51,400 nucleotides of DNA, filler included, from Catajapyx aquilonaris (GCA_000934665.2; 3 parts of 3 records of this genome joined end to end with filler, not necessarily neighbours in it); one strand, 5' to 3'; positions 25,352-37,700 are shown, numbered from the whole stretch's first letter. The notes: a model not told the origin generated them from the sequence alone. Numbers and translations: made by a program.

Positions 25352-27679
25352 GTTACTTATACGGCATATTTTTAGGACTGCAATGGAATGACGATTGTCT
25401 CTATCAATCTCACATCTTAATTAATTTCTTTCAATTATTTCGACCTGGTAAAAATTTTAACACAAAATCTTGTCATTGCACAAACAAATTGCAACGTAGA
25501 AGCAGAAAATGGGGACCTTCCACCCTCAAATGTAATACTATCGCACCAACAACAGTAGTCGTCGACAAACCGACATAGGATAACTTTCGTAATGTGGCAA
25601 CGACTTTTTCTTTTGTTGTTCCAAAAATACTTGTAATAAGGTTGGCACGTTGACGACCGCCGCGCCAGTTGTATCTAACTTCGCATCTCGGCCTTGTTTC
25701 TCTCTCTTTGAGACAATTATATCATTTTCCCATTCCATATTATCGGTTTGTCACAAAAACATAGTTATTCTTCCTTTCTATATACTACAAACACACCTTC
25801 ATACAGGTTCAATAATGCTGTTATCGTGCTCATAACCCCCCCCCCCCCTGCCATACTAATATCTGTCTATCATCATTACAAAAACTCAGGTATGGCTAAA
25901 AATACTCGATAACAAGTGAATAAATTTTAGGCCTCCACAGAATGGCCATCTTTCGGTGCTTACGGTAGTAATCGTCGTTTTATGGAAGGCATTGCAAAGA
26001 GTACTCCACCAATTTTGACGTTGGCTTTCGTCCGGATTCCGCTGGTGCTAAAGTCATGTAATGGTTCGTAGTACCAATCGATCATACAACATTTTGCGCC
26101 TCTATCTTTTTGTCTTAATTCACTAAACATTTTCAAATTACCTCCTACCCCGCACCCGCAATTGCGTCAGTCAAGCCACGTAGACCCTTCACTTACGTCT
26201 ACGTCGTTAATGGTGGATGCCTTGCCCTTTAGACGTGTCTACTGCCGATGTTTCGAATGACCCAAGACACACTGCTATTCAAAATTCAGTTTTTCTATAC
26301 CATATGTAAACTCTGCATCGGCGTTCCTCAGTCGTGCAGTCAGGGCAATGTTTTATAGGGAGGATATCTATACAGGTATCCCATCCCTTTCCCTTTGCGG
26401 CAGAGCCTTCTAACAATGTACATTATTTTCAAACTGAATGTCCACATGAGCAAAGAATGCTTCATCCAGTATACACCGTAATTTATACTGACTAATGACT
26501 GCCACTATATTATGGTCGAAGTTATTCTCGACCACAAGGGTTTAAAATGTTTGTATACTCCACAATGCGCTCTATATATTATTAGTACATATGCAGGGGA
26601 CACTAACACTATTGGATCATCGCTGCCTTGATTACATCTCATACATGTAAACCCTACCTTCCGCGATCCCCAACGCTTCGCCTGCCCTTCAAATTACTCA
26701 TTCAGGCTGGGATGGCCCAAATGCCCTCGAAGTATGCGGCACGTGGCAGCAAAATGATCAGTGTCATGGTCCTTCCTAGCCGCCGAATTCATTACCATGC
26801 ACTATTTGAATTGCTGACATCACTCCTGTGGCGGTACCCTCAATTGGGAAAGAATCGATCAGGCTAATTTCCTCGTATAGGCTTGTTGGACAGCCCGCCA
26901 ACATAACGGTAAGGAATCAGATATCCATAATTATTCAGGTGGTGACAAAGAGAAATTTATACGGCAGATGATTACTTGACCCAAATGAAGTCTGAGATGT
27001 AGACGGAAAAAATGGCGTTGCACCAACCGTCAGCGAGGTACACGTCAATGAAGTTATATTCAGTGAACTCGCCGGTGTGGATCTCGATAATAGCAACAGG
27101 TTCGGAGTCAATGGCACAGGGTGTAACGACCAAAATTGCGACAAAAAGGTAGAGACATAAAATATCGTACATAGAAGTATCGTGCCTATAATTAGGTTTA
27201 CGCGCAAAAAGTATGCGATGATGTTGCCAAGCGCGATGGATACCGTCCCTGGAATTTTTTGCCTCTACATTTTCGTCTTGTTATGTGCCATGAACTCCTT
27301 TTTTGTGGATTCCATAGTTATTTATCAATTTTATCCCTCATATACTCATGTGCATGTTCCTTGATGCAACTTCACTGATGGCCATGCCACGAAGGATTGG
27401 TCCTTAGCCATTTTGCACCTCTACATTTCTGCTTGCTTTTGATCAAGAAAACCCATGTCCCTTGCTTTTTATTCGGGAGATCCTTATCCAACTCATGGAA
27501 ATAATGTGATCAGTTTTATAACAACAGTTTTGGACATCTTAGTGTTAGTAGGTCTTATACTTCACACTACTAAAATAATCGGGTGTTTACATTAGAACTT
27601 CATTCAGTACAGTATTCTTCACAGCTTTTCCACATATTTAAATGCTGTTACCTAAACCTTACTTGTACATGAGACCCAG

Positions 27680-27800
27680 CCTGGTTATGAATCGCAGCAC
27701 CTGGGTTTTCTGTGGTTTCTCCTGATTGCTGCCAGGCAATATTTTCTATGATAGTTTCCTTTCAAAAAAAGCCACAACTGTTTCCTCCCTCCACTAACTT
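27680..27800 (+). mobile_element. Decayed SINE body fragment
   Basis: GGTTTTCTGTGGTTTCTCC...CCAGGCAAT...GATAGTTTCCTT...GCCACAACTGTTTCCTCCC resembles a SINE core widespread in insects (recalled, not searched). Confidence 0.4.
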
Positions 27801-28149
27801 CTCCATGAGCAAAAGAAACTGTTAAAATACAGTGAGAAGGGCTGTTTCATGATACCTGATTTGTTAAAAATTATAAGTAGGCCCAAGAAAAATTGACTTG
27901 CCATACACTGAAACTGGAATCACCTGATATTAATAATTAAATCCACGAGTAATTAACAAGAATTGCTCAAATTAGCAAACAGCTATTAGACAGTATGCTT
28001 CTGCATCAGATAACTGTTCCCTTCACCCACGTAAACCCTCTGGTGTTTGTCGAACGTTCTGGCTTTCAACTCCCTTAAAATAAGATACCAATCCTCTAAC
28101 AAGAAAAGCCATTTTTAGGTTAGCATTTTAGGAACAACACAAGAGGAAA

Positions 28150-29700
28150 TTAAGTCACTAATACTGCAAAAGAGAAAAAATGTGACTGCTACGTGATCCT
28201 AAGCATGAGGTATCATTAGCTCCGTAGTGCAAGTTAAAGATTAGAAATATGAGGAAAGAGGCAAAAAATGTGAAGCAGAATCCAATACACTAGTAACTAT
28301 GGTACTGGAAGAAAATCTCAATCTTGCTGATGAGAAACCATTTCTAAACAGAAATGAAACAAATGAGAAAAAAATTATAGTCTCCCATTAGCCTTCCTAA
28401 TACTAGTGCAAGTAGTGTACATCAGATTTGAAGTTAGCATGTTCAGTTTAAACTAACGAGACACAGTATCCTCACTGTCCTCCACCAATTTGGCACAGTG
28501 AGAAAGGACCGTGGGTTTGCAAAATTCTTTAGAAAAAGAACACCGTGCTTTAGGCCCAAAGTAATTATGTGCAGGGTAGACCTTCGGTGATATTTTCGAA
28601 CAATCTGTAATTCCTCCAGGCAATGGAAAGTGCTACCATATGAAGTTTGTGCCCCATTGTGGAGAATGCTTTCCTACACATCAACTGTAACCTTTCACTT
28701 GCAATGTCAGCAATGCATGCAGTGTCTTCCAATTTCACACCTTCCATTTAAACTGGTCTTCTTGGAGATCTAATAATTATATTATTATTATATAATTATA
28801 TAATAATAGTATTATATAATTATATAATACTATTATTATATAATTATATAATACTATTATTATATAATATTGGGTTTAGTGCACTGCCCATGGGCATCTG
28901 GCACAGTACCTTTATTTGCTTTGTAGTACAAGATAGTACAGGTTGGTCCTTTTACAGTAAAACGCCCGGGTACCGCGAGGGATAGGGAGGGTGAGAGGTG
29001 GGGATGTGCAAGGTGCAGTGCAGTACACTTGCTGAGGTCATTTTGTGAACTCCCCCGGTGGTTTCGTCTATTGGAAATACCACCCGAGACGAAGTCAGAT
29101 TATGACCTTAAACTCTGCACGAGATGAAGGGGAGGACCCCGGGTGGGATTTGATCCCGGGACCTTAACATCTGTGGGCACATACATTACCACAGCACCAC
29201 TTCGCCTCCCTTGTCTTCTTGGAGATATCAATCACTGCAAACTGAATTACCTTAGTTTCACCACACAAACTATGATAGCCTGCATTACCTAATGTACCAA
29301 GCACTCTCATATCATCAGATGAATAAGACTGACTTTTATGTCATGAAGTGCATTTCCTGCATTGCATTTGCATGTTACATAAATAATTGCATTGGGAAAT
29401 GATAAAATAAATCAAAGGTCAGATTTTGCAAGTAGTATGTAACCATATCCTGAATCAAAGCTTCAAGATGAAAAGAAGTTACATACAAATATTTATCATG
29501 CAAGTGCATAGATAAAAAGATCTATGTATGTGCAAAACGATACCCCAGAAGAGCAAGGCTATGCTGCCAACTTCCAAGTGAAGACTAACTCAGTCAACAC
29601 TGACATGATTCGCATTACTAAGGAGTACTACCAAAAATTGAAGGGAATCTGCTTTGCACACTTATTTTGCTGATCAGACTCAAATTTTTGTGAGAAAGGT
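28150..29700 (+). pseudogene. Possible decayed C2H2 zinc-finger coding remnant, interrupted by a SINE
   Basis: Plus-frame fragments Y*CK*CTSD, HSEKGPWVCKIL*KK and PHCGECFPTHQL*PFTCNVSN resemble degenerate CxxC/TGEKP-linker units. Many stops. Confidence 0.3.
28770..29212 (-). mobile_element. tRNA-derived SINE family S1, second copy (CpG-decayed)
   Basis: Aligns to 283-659 (TTTGTGAACTCCCC, TACCACCCGAGACGAAG, AACTCTGCACGAGATGAAGGGG). Degenerate AT-rich tail 28771-28871. 14-bp TSD GTCTTCTTGGAGAT at 28756-28769 and 29213-29226. Confidence 0.92.
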
Positions 29701-30004
29701 ATGATTATGTCTAGTTGAAAAAAATGAAAACATGTTTCCTGAGACGAAATTTAATTGAGGCAGATCATATTATCATAATTATATGGATTGGCAATATTTT
29801 CAAGTTTCAAATGGTTGTAGCAGTAATTGGAATGTGCAGGAGATTAAAATTCTTTCAAGTTTTACAGCAAAAGTGAAGGCGGTTTCTTTGAGTTTCATAT
29901 TGTACACAACTCAAATAGATAATTCCACACCACTTCCCACTGTCGTTGTCCACTGTAATACCCCATTTGGTGGAATATCATATTAGTAGGGAATATCACA
30001 CAAT

Positions 30005-30211
30005 CATCAATTTCACTGAAGGCCTGTGTGTTTCAGTGAAAAATATGATGGATTTTGATTGCAGGAGGAAAACAGGCAAAACCCAAGAAAACCTGAGGCA
30101 ACATGGACAGAACTTATTGAAACTCCTTACACGAGAAACAGCCTGGAGACCTAACATGTGACTGCAGATGTGAAAGGCTGCAGCTTTAACCACTACACCA
30201 AGTGCTGTGCC
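30005..30211 (-). mobile_element. Old tRNA-derived SINE remnant
   Basis: Minus 5' GGCACAGCACTTGGTGTAGTGGTTAA (A box-like). Plus-strand GGAGGAAAACAGG..ACCCAAGAAAACC...GAAACTCC..CAC resembles the conserved GGAGGAAACCGGAG..CCCGGAGAAAACC SINE core. Confidence 0.5.
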
Positions 30212-31109
30212 GCAGCCTTCATAAAAGGGAAAATTCCCTTCCTGACAATTCATCGCACTTGTCAGTTCAGGAAAAAATGTTGGTAAGTAATGTAGGTAAT
30301 GTGTAGGATGACATATTTTGCCTGGTCGACTATGATTTTTTAGTGTTAATGGTGCTTGCGAGTGTGTACTAGAAGAGGGAAAGTTAGTACTGCATACAAG
30401 GAATACAGCACTGAGATATTTGGGTCCAAGTGCTGCAAAATTTCAAATTTTTCAAGTATCAGATGCAGTGGAAGGCGCCAGACACCTGAAATAATTAAGA
30501 TTTTAATTTTTATGGCATTGGTAGATGATGCCCAATTTTTCACGTGACATATTCTTCACTACAACCGACAGTAAATTTGTTGAGTTACACTATTGTAAGA
30601 TTTGTAACATCCCATTTTGAAGAGTTGGTACATGGTGCTAAAATATTGCCCAACCATCGAGTTCATTAAATGTCAGCTTTAGTGAACAATAAGCAATATG
30701 AAACGATATGAATATGTGAAAAAATACGTTATCATATGTCAATGGCATCAAATATCAATAAAAAGTAATTCAGGTCCATAGGGCCTTCTCTGACCATTTG
30801 AACTTGAAAAAAGTGTAAACTTGCAGCACTTTGATCCCAATATCTCAGCTCCATATCCCTGTTTGGTGTAGGCCTACTAGCGTTCACTTTTCTAGTATAC
30901 ACTATCAAGCACAATTTGCATCAAAAATCTTACTGGAGCTAGCAAAATTACTATACCACAGGTTACCAATTAGCTCATTAACATTCTTTGTTCTGCAATT
31001 GTAACTCGCCTATATTAGGGTTGGTCCAACTAGATTAGATACTTTAAGAATTTCACGTTCTTACCTGCCAAAATCTCTCACATCCTATTACAACAACTTT
31101 TTCCACATA

Positions 31110-31374
31110 CAGGGTATTCCAAATTCGCGGGTCGTTTTCATATAACTGACATTACCCAATAGCAGTTATTTTTTTGTAGCTTGTTGTGCCCCTAACCATG
31201 TGCTCCATTCTATAACTACTGCTATATTCGACCCACTGGGAGTTGAATATAGCAGTTGCTATAGAATGGGGACAAATGGGGCACATGGTTAGGGGCACAA
31301 CACGCTACAAAAAAATAACTGCTACAGGGCTATATCAGTTATATGAAAACGACCCACGAATGTGGAACACCCTG
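31110..31374. mobile_element. Tc1/mariner-type palindromic MITE
   Basis: TA|CAGGGTATTCC..TTCGCGGGTCGTTTTCATATAACTGA ... TCAGTTATATGAAAACGACCCACGAATGTGGAACACCCTG|TC. Near full-length fold-back. Confidence 0.85.
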
Positions 31375-31420
31375 TCTACTTTAGAGTAGGGAGGTGGCAG
31401 AAAATAATTTGAGATTCTTA

Positions 31421-31522
31421 GGGCCAGTTGCATCAATGCAGAAGAAAAATCACTGTTTAGATATATAGAAATTCACAATGTAATACAGAGATGGCCTCAT
31501 AATGAGTTGATGCAACTGTCCC
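31421..31522. mobile_element. PIF/Harbinger-type MITE
   Basis: 16-bp TIR GGG(C/A)CAGTTGCATCAA with 3-bp TTA TSD (31418-20, 31523-25). Confidence 0.75.
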
Positions 31523-32198
31523 TTAATATACCTGACCCAATGCAACCAATGCTTAGTAGGAACCATAAGTTGCTATGCACCAAAAGAATAAGCCAAATGT
31601 GTCCTACTCATTACATCGTATATTAGAGTAGCCTACCCTTTATTGACACAAATTGTTCACATCTCTATCACCTGTTTAACCCAGATATGCCGAGTGTGCC
31701 CTATAGGGGACACCTGCACAGTTATTACATTTTAATTTTTTGCACAGGTTCTTCTGCTGCTAAAGAGCTAGCAGTAATGATGGGGGCTTCAGTAGAGTCC
31801 CATCTAACTATACAAGTTCAAACCTGCTCAATATTGCTTCAGATTTTTAAGATACAGGTGTTTGAATTTTAACGCAGGAAATAATGGCTGCACCTCCACG
31901 TTCCGAAGACGATTAGTAATTAATTCTCGAATGTTGATTAGCATTATGAGTTATTTTTTGTTCGTAATACTTAGAAAACTTATGAATGATGATGTCCATG
32001 TGTAAATATAGGCATATTTTTTACTTTCCTTGTCTGAGGGTGGCGTTGAAATCGGGTGTCCCCTATGAGGGACACTCGGCAAATGCACCACAAATGGACC
32101 GGAAAGTCAAGCGCCGGTACTCTAGGCTACTGTATGCGTCCGGATTTTTTGCGTTTTGTCGAACTGAATTTTTATGAATCCCTATTTTTAAAACGAGG

Positions 32199-32250
32199 GT
32201 TACCCGGCAACTGGGTTACCATGGCAACCATCGTAGCTATGTTGGCAACC
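32199..32250. promoter_or_regulatory. Cluster of RFX X-box-like motifs
   Basis: GTTACCCGGCAAC (32199-32211), consensus-like GTTACCATGGCAAC (32215-32228) and a further GGCAAC half site. Motif match only. Confidence 0.35.
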
Positions 32251-32314
32251 CATTGCCATGTACAATCAAACATTATCATGCATACAAACTTTCTCTTTTG
32301 GGTACAGTGAAGCC

Positions 32315-32483
32315 CAGTGGCGGATCTATGGGGGGGGNNNNNNNNNNNNNNNNNNNNNNNNNNNNNNNNNNNNNNNNNNNNNNNNNNNNNNNNNNNNNNN
32401 NNNNNNNNNNNNNNNNNNNNNNNNNNNNNNNNNGCGCGGCGACAAATCCCCCCCCCCTCCAACGACGTCTAGATCCGCCACTG
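32315..32483. mobile_element. hAT-like MITE nested in the piggyBac element (centre lies in a 95-N gap)
   Basis: TIR CAGTGGCGGATCTA...TAGATCCGCCACTG. Imperfect 8-bp TSD GTGAAGCC/GCGAAACC. G-run and C-run flank the gap. Confidence 0.75.
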
Positions 32484-32762
32484 GCGAAACCTGTGTACAG
32501 CAGAATAGCACGGTGCCCTAGAAAAATCATAATTGACAAGTTTCCGCTGAAAATTACGATTTTCCTAGTCATCAGCACCAAACGGGAAAGACGAGTGGAA
32601 GTGAACGCTGCAACGGCGCAAAGCATTGTGGGCAGAGAGTGGGGGAGGAAAAGAAGTGGCGCTGTTGTTGCGGATCGCGCGCGAACCATTCGATGTCGGA
32701 TATACATAGTACGGTATATCAGCCGTTTCCCCTATATTCGACACAGTATTTATGTCCTATAC

Positions 32763-33095
32763 ATACGCCCGTTCCCGGAAAAATTTCGCAATGGACAAGT
32801 TTTTGTAACACTCAGGGTACGTTATGGACAGGTTTCACTACATATTTATCTAGAGTGAATCCTGTCCATAACGGACCCTGAACGTAACCGAAACTTGCCT
32901 ATTGCGGAATTTTTCTGGTAACGGGCGTATGGAAAGTACACGATTTCCGCGTCGAATATAGCGGAAATTGTGTAATTTTCATACGACAGTTACCAGAAAA
33001 ATTCCGCAATAGGCAAGTTTTCATTATACACAGGGTCCGTTGTGGACAGGGTTCACTGTATATTTATATACATCAAAACCTGTACATATCTGACT
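32763..33095. repeat. Three ~80-bp units in alternating orientation (inverted-repeat array)
   Basis: ATACGCCCGTT.CC.GAAAAATT.CGCAAT...CAGGGT.CGTT.TGGACAGG.TTCAC at ~32763 (+), ~32855-32930 (-) and ~32981 (+). Confidence 0.8.
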
Positions 33096-33597
33096 TGCAA
33101 CAATGAGCAAGTTTCCGCTATACCCTCCTGAGACCCGAGAAGCCATTTGTGCAATTATTTAGTAATACTTTGAAAGAACCTTCTGTAGTGGAGGTGTAGA
33201 AGCCATTTTTCAGAATTTCATACTTTTGTTGCAATCACTTATTGCAAATTTAGATGTCCTATATATAGGACACTGGGTCTTAGCTATAACATTCCTTCTC
33301 TATATTTTTCAATAAATTAAAAAAACACTTTCATCTTTATTTCAATAAAGCAGCCTATATCTTACGTTTTCCTTGTATATACAGTATAGCCATACTAGAT
33401 GTTACATTTGCCGAGTGTCCCCTATAGGGGACGGCACTTTTCTTACAATCTAGCATTCCATAAATTATTTAATCATTTTTGTTGTGTTTTGGGGACTATC
33501 ATGAACTAATAAAATCAAACAAAAACCAAAATTTAAACAAAAAATCTTTCAGGCATATCTGGGTTAAGCAAGCAGCAGCCGATTAATATACAACTTC

Positions 33598-33866
33598 AAG
33601 GGAGGCGTGGTAGTCTAGTGGTTACGCCACTGGCTAGCCAAGCGGGAGGCCGGGGTTCATATCCCGTCCCCATCACCTCTGCTTGGCCGGGTCTTTTTCC
33701 GCTTTTCACCCGACACGCCGGGGCAGCATTGCACTCCCTTAGCTGCCCGGGGCCAGAGAAAAGGTCTGGTGTATCTGAGAGAGTCGTGAGTGACTATAAA
33801 CCGAGGATGCCCCCCCTTGGGAACCTTCCCCCTCCCCCCAAAACGAGCCAAACGGCTCGAGCACGG

Positions 33867-33928
<62 letters not shown>
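33598..33928 (+). mobile_element. Full-length tRNA-derived SINE (family S3) with (TAA)n tail
   Basis: A box TAGTCTAGTGG, B box GGTTCATATCC, (AAT)n from 33869. 14-bp TSD TAATATACAACTTC at 33584-33597 and 33929-33942. Confidence 0.92.
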
Positions 33929-33933
<5 letters not shown>

Positions 33934-34236
33934 TACAACTTCCACAACTAAAACCAATGCTCCAAGCCTATAATGATAATCAAACCCAGTCGTTTCCCCA
34001 ACTTATAGGTGATAAGTTCACAGACCCATAGGGTGGAAGCTTTTATAACTACCTGATGGCAATTTAATATCCATATGTTATCACAAATATAAAGTTCTCA
34101 AGTTGTAACCTTTGCATAAGGGCAATTCCTGTTGTAACGTACTTGCCCAACTGCATGGTAATTCGCTCACCCTGAACATTTGCACCATAGATGAGCAGAA
34201 ACCCACCAATGCGCGAAATTATTGAAGATACAATGT

Positions 34237-34335
34237 NNNNNNNNNNNNNNNNNNNNNNNNNNNNNNNNNNNNNNNNNNNNTTAATTAATTAANNNNNNNN
34301 NNNNNNNNNNNNNNNNNNNNNNNNNNNNNNNNNNN
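34237..34335. other. Assembly gap with artificial TTAATTAATTAA linker
   Basis: 44 N + TTAATTAATTAA (34281-34292) + 43 N. Confidence 0.9.
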
Positions 34336-34744
34336 NTGGACCACTGTGCCCCGCAAACGACTGGACCACTGTGCCCCGGACAGCAGCAACTGACATAATG
34401 CTATGATTGTAACTTCGATTGAAAGTTAGGCTTACCAAACTTCCGGTATTCATGGACAAAGGGCGGCACTATTCCACAACATTTTTATATCAGGCTCATG
34501 CCCAATATCTACGCCTGAAGTGGCATTTAAACTGTGGGTAAGTAATTTACTTCACTTATCTTCAAATCGATTTTACTGGATATCTATCGATCGATCGATC
34601 GCTAGCCGTTGCCAGTCATGTTGGCAGGAGCATGGCAGTGACTTGTCTCACGAGGTACCAGATGAAAAAAATTTGGCGGCTTTTTCGATTTTTAAAATGG
34701 AAAGGTCCACTGTGCCCCGTGGTCCACTGTGCCCCAGTCTCCCC
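34336..34744. mobile_element. Right part of a TA-targeting (pogo/Tc1-like) non-autonomous DNA transposon
   Basis: Four GG(A/T)CCACTGTGCCCC subterminal repeats (two at 34336-34378, two at 34704-34735). Ends CCCAGTCTCCCC|TA. Left end lost in the gap. Confidence 0.65.
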
Positions 34745-37700
34745 TACTACTGTTACACAATACCTCCATGCACCGTATGTTATAATAGGCATCACAGATT
34801 ATCGCTGACGATATGTAAGCAATAATGAGGCGTATGAGAGTGGGCAAATTGGCAAATGATTTTTTTTTTTGCTGGTTTCCCTGCGCTCGTAACATGTCGG
34901 TGTAGATATAGCCCTGACAGAGGCGACTTTCTCCACAAGCTGGTTTCTAAAGCGAGTTCACTTTTATTTTATACCCGTGTCCTACCCGACACTGAAAGTA
35001 CGAAAGTTAGGTAGCGCGTTTTATGAAATAATTATAATATTTCCATCGCCATAAGGCTCAATTTCCAATTGACCACGCAAAATTATTCATGAAACGCACG
35101 ATGCAAATTAGGCGGGCGCTCCAATATAAGTCAATTTCCATCTTAAAACAAGTCGAGTACTTTCCACTAGTTTTTTTTTCCAAAAAAAACTGATAGTTCA
35201 CCTTCATATTTTTCTAGAGTGGAACATTGGATCCGAGGCTTCTCTAATAGAGTGAAAGGCTCGCTCTTTCTGAGACAGGCCTAGTTTTGACGTGAACAAA
35301 AAATGCTCTCATCTTGATGTCCTTGCATATCGCACGCATTAGACTAGTAAAGGCACCGGCAGGACTCTTGGGCGTATTCGCAACTGGCGGACAAAACCCC
35401 GGAAAGAAACATAGCCAAATGACACATAGGTCCTAATCATGTACTGTGTATGGTTTATCTCATAGGGTTAACGCTCGGTAACCCTGCAATACGACACGAT
35501 TTTCTCTCCTGCGTGCGATACGTCAACCAAGTAATATGGGATGAACTTTTTTTGCTGAGGAACGTGTCTTGTACTTATCTTGCACAAAACCAGTTGTGTA
35601 CCGAATGGCACATTAGTTAACCAAAGGCTTTTTCGCACGCCCATAAAAACTTACTGCGTAAGTTACGTATCGCTCAAGTAATAATTTCAGAGAACTGGAA
35701 ATGAAAACGTGCTGCATTCACATTGTAATTGTTGCAACTTTTTTTATAAATGATTTAATCAAATTGTACTCCCCAGCTTAAAAAAATACCAGCCTGAGAT
35801 ATCACGTGTGACCTATGCACTGAGGGGAAAAAATGCGGAAATGACTTTGTCCGTCAGCATCTTAAAATAGCTCCAGCATGGACAGCTGATGTGTGTGCAA
35901 ATGTAAAAGTGCCGCATCTTCCCACATTATCCAAAAATAGAAATCCGTGTCTTAATTACAATAATGAAATTCGAGGTGATGCAGAATAACAATGATGGGA
36001 AATGTGTGAATTTATGACACATAGTATAGCAGAGCCATGTGGAATATAGCAGGTAACAACGACACTTCTACAGTATAGTTCAATTCCCGATCGTTTCCTG
36101 TCGCTTTCTGTGACGATTTGAAACCGAAACTAAAATTTGTGGCGGTTCGCGGCAAAAACTTTTTTTTTCATTTTTTATATTATTTTGTACTGGGATACAA
36201 CTCCATTTGAAAAGAGTTATATTGGTTATATGAATTCTGGTTTTCAAAATGTGACAACTGGTAATGCCAAAACTAATGCTCTTCACTCCGTAGTGTTCGA
36301 TGCAGTAGAAATATAGTGAGAAATTGGTATGTTTTGTTTCCTGGTAATTTGCGAATCATCTTGAGCAATGAAATAATAAATTTTAAAATCGCATAAAACA
36401 ACTACTTAGTACTGTATACTACGAGGTATACACGCATTTCACCTCCTCTCAGGAGGTCCCTTATTCTGTATATGAATAATTCCGCCTATTGTTTTGCAAC
36501 CACCAATATTCCGAGATTTGAACGCTTTCTTTACTGCTTTCTCAATATACTTATTCAATTCTCCTCTTCTTTTCCGGTCGACATGGATTGTTTGCTAATT
36601 TATGTCTCAGCTTCCAATTTATGGCCATAATAGACCTATATATTTGTCAGAGAGTTAGACTGGATTTTGGGTTGCCACATAAAACTTCACATTTGGTAGT
36701 AGAATATAATTATTGAACTATAAAATAAGTCAAAGGTTATGTAAATAAATGTTATAAAAGTAACAATTTTGCATATTTCATTGTGTGGTAATATTTGTTG
36801 GGTTTGATAAGTAGCTTTTCAAACTGTGCTCACTGCCCAAGTTACAAAAAAATAACATTCTTCACGAAAATAAGCATAACAATAGAAACAGTTATCTTTC
36901 GTGACCTGCCACGCATAAGAAGTTAAACTATCTAGCCAAGAACCCCAGCCCCATGGCATATTCCACTGGTTCTAATTACTTCGCAATCGGCGTGAGTTGT
37001 ACTTCATTTAGAAGTTATTGTATGGTTTCATGTTACATTAATTGAAAATTTTAACAAAATGCTACAAAAGGTGCGCAAAGAGTGCAATTCCTTCTTCAAC
37101 GGGAATGCTATATTATTGTGAACAATGACAATTTCTTACTATCATTGTTGGAAAATTTCTAGTGAATGTGACGCAGCGGAAAACCCAGGGTTTTATCTGT
37201 GTTTGGAGGAGTGTTAATTAGACTTACATTTCCGATGGGATACCGTTAGCCTTGGTTCAGGCATCATAACTACCATATGTGAGAGGCACTTGTTTATGAG
37301 GAAGAGTTCGAAGGTTAAAAATGGATTTTTTTTTCAGTTGAGAGGACTTGGAAAATGTTTTCAGAAACTTTAGGTATTATGTTTCTTTGCCTCACTCTGA
37401 TGTTGGCACAGTTCATTCTCGTGCTTGCGTCGATAATGGCTTCGATTTCATAACACAGAGCGATCGAAATGATCCCATTGATTGTTCTTAGTATGAAAGT
37501 TTAAAACTGGCATCTTATATTATCCCTTCTGTAATCCCTTACTTGGAAACATTCCTGTAACATATTTCTGAAGCAGAACACTGACGAACATCAGAAATTA
37601 TGCGTCAGGAACGTAATTTCACAAAGCCTGGCCTAACTCAATTTCAGCCAAAATGTGAATGTGATCGTTTTCAAATCTTCATAAGTATTATTTCATTCCT

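Larger units (their letters stand above)
31680..33563. mobile_element. Non-autonomous piggyBac-type element (~1.9 kb)
   Basis: TTAA|CCCAGATATGCC ... GGCATATCTGGG|TTAA. Subterminal palindromic repeat (CCGAG)TGTCCCCTATAGGGGAC at ~31689, 32054-32085 (inverted), ~33255 and 33405-33433. No transposase ORF. Confidence 0.85.

Noticed and set aside
25681..25695. TCGCATCTCGGCCTT resembles the U2 snRNA 5' end (Utopia target)
   Set aside because: Only ~15 nt with a mismatch, no continuation, and far from the retrotransposon; likely chance.
26628..27207. Exon-like or protein-like segments with GTAAGG and TTCAG sites
   Set aside because: The implied intron is only ~30 nt, plus-strand frames contain stops, and no product is recognisable.
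32172..32858. ORFs of up to 201 aa
   Set aside because: They are inflated by the N gap and lie inside nested MITEs.
33618..34031. 137-aa ORF with poly-Asn
   Set aside because: It is SINE plus microsatellite.
34336..34735. Repeated CCACTGTGCCCC units as a CRISPR-like array
   Set aside because: Eukaryotic context, 15-bp repeats, irregular spacing and no cas genes; they are transposon subterminal repeats.
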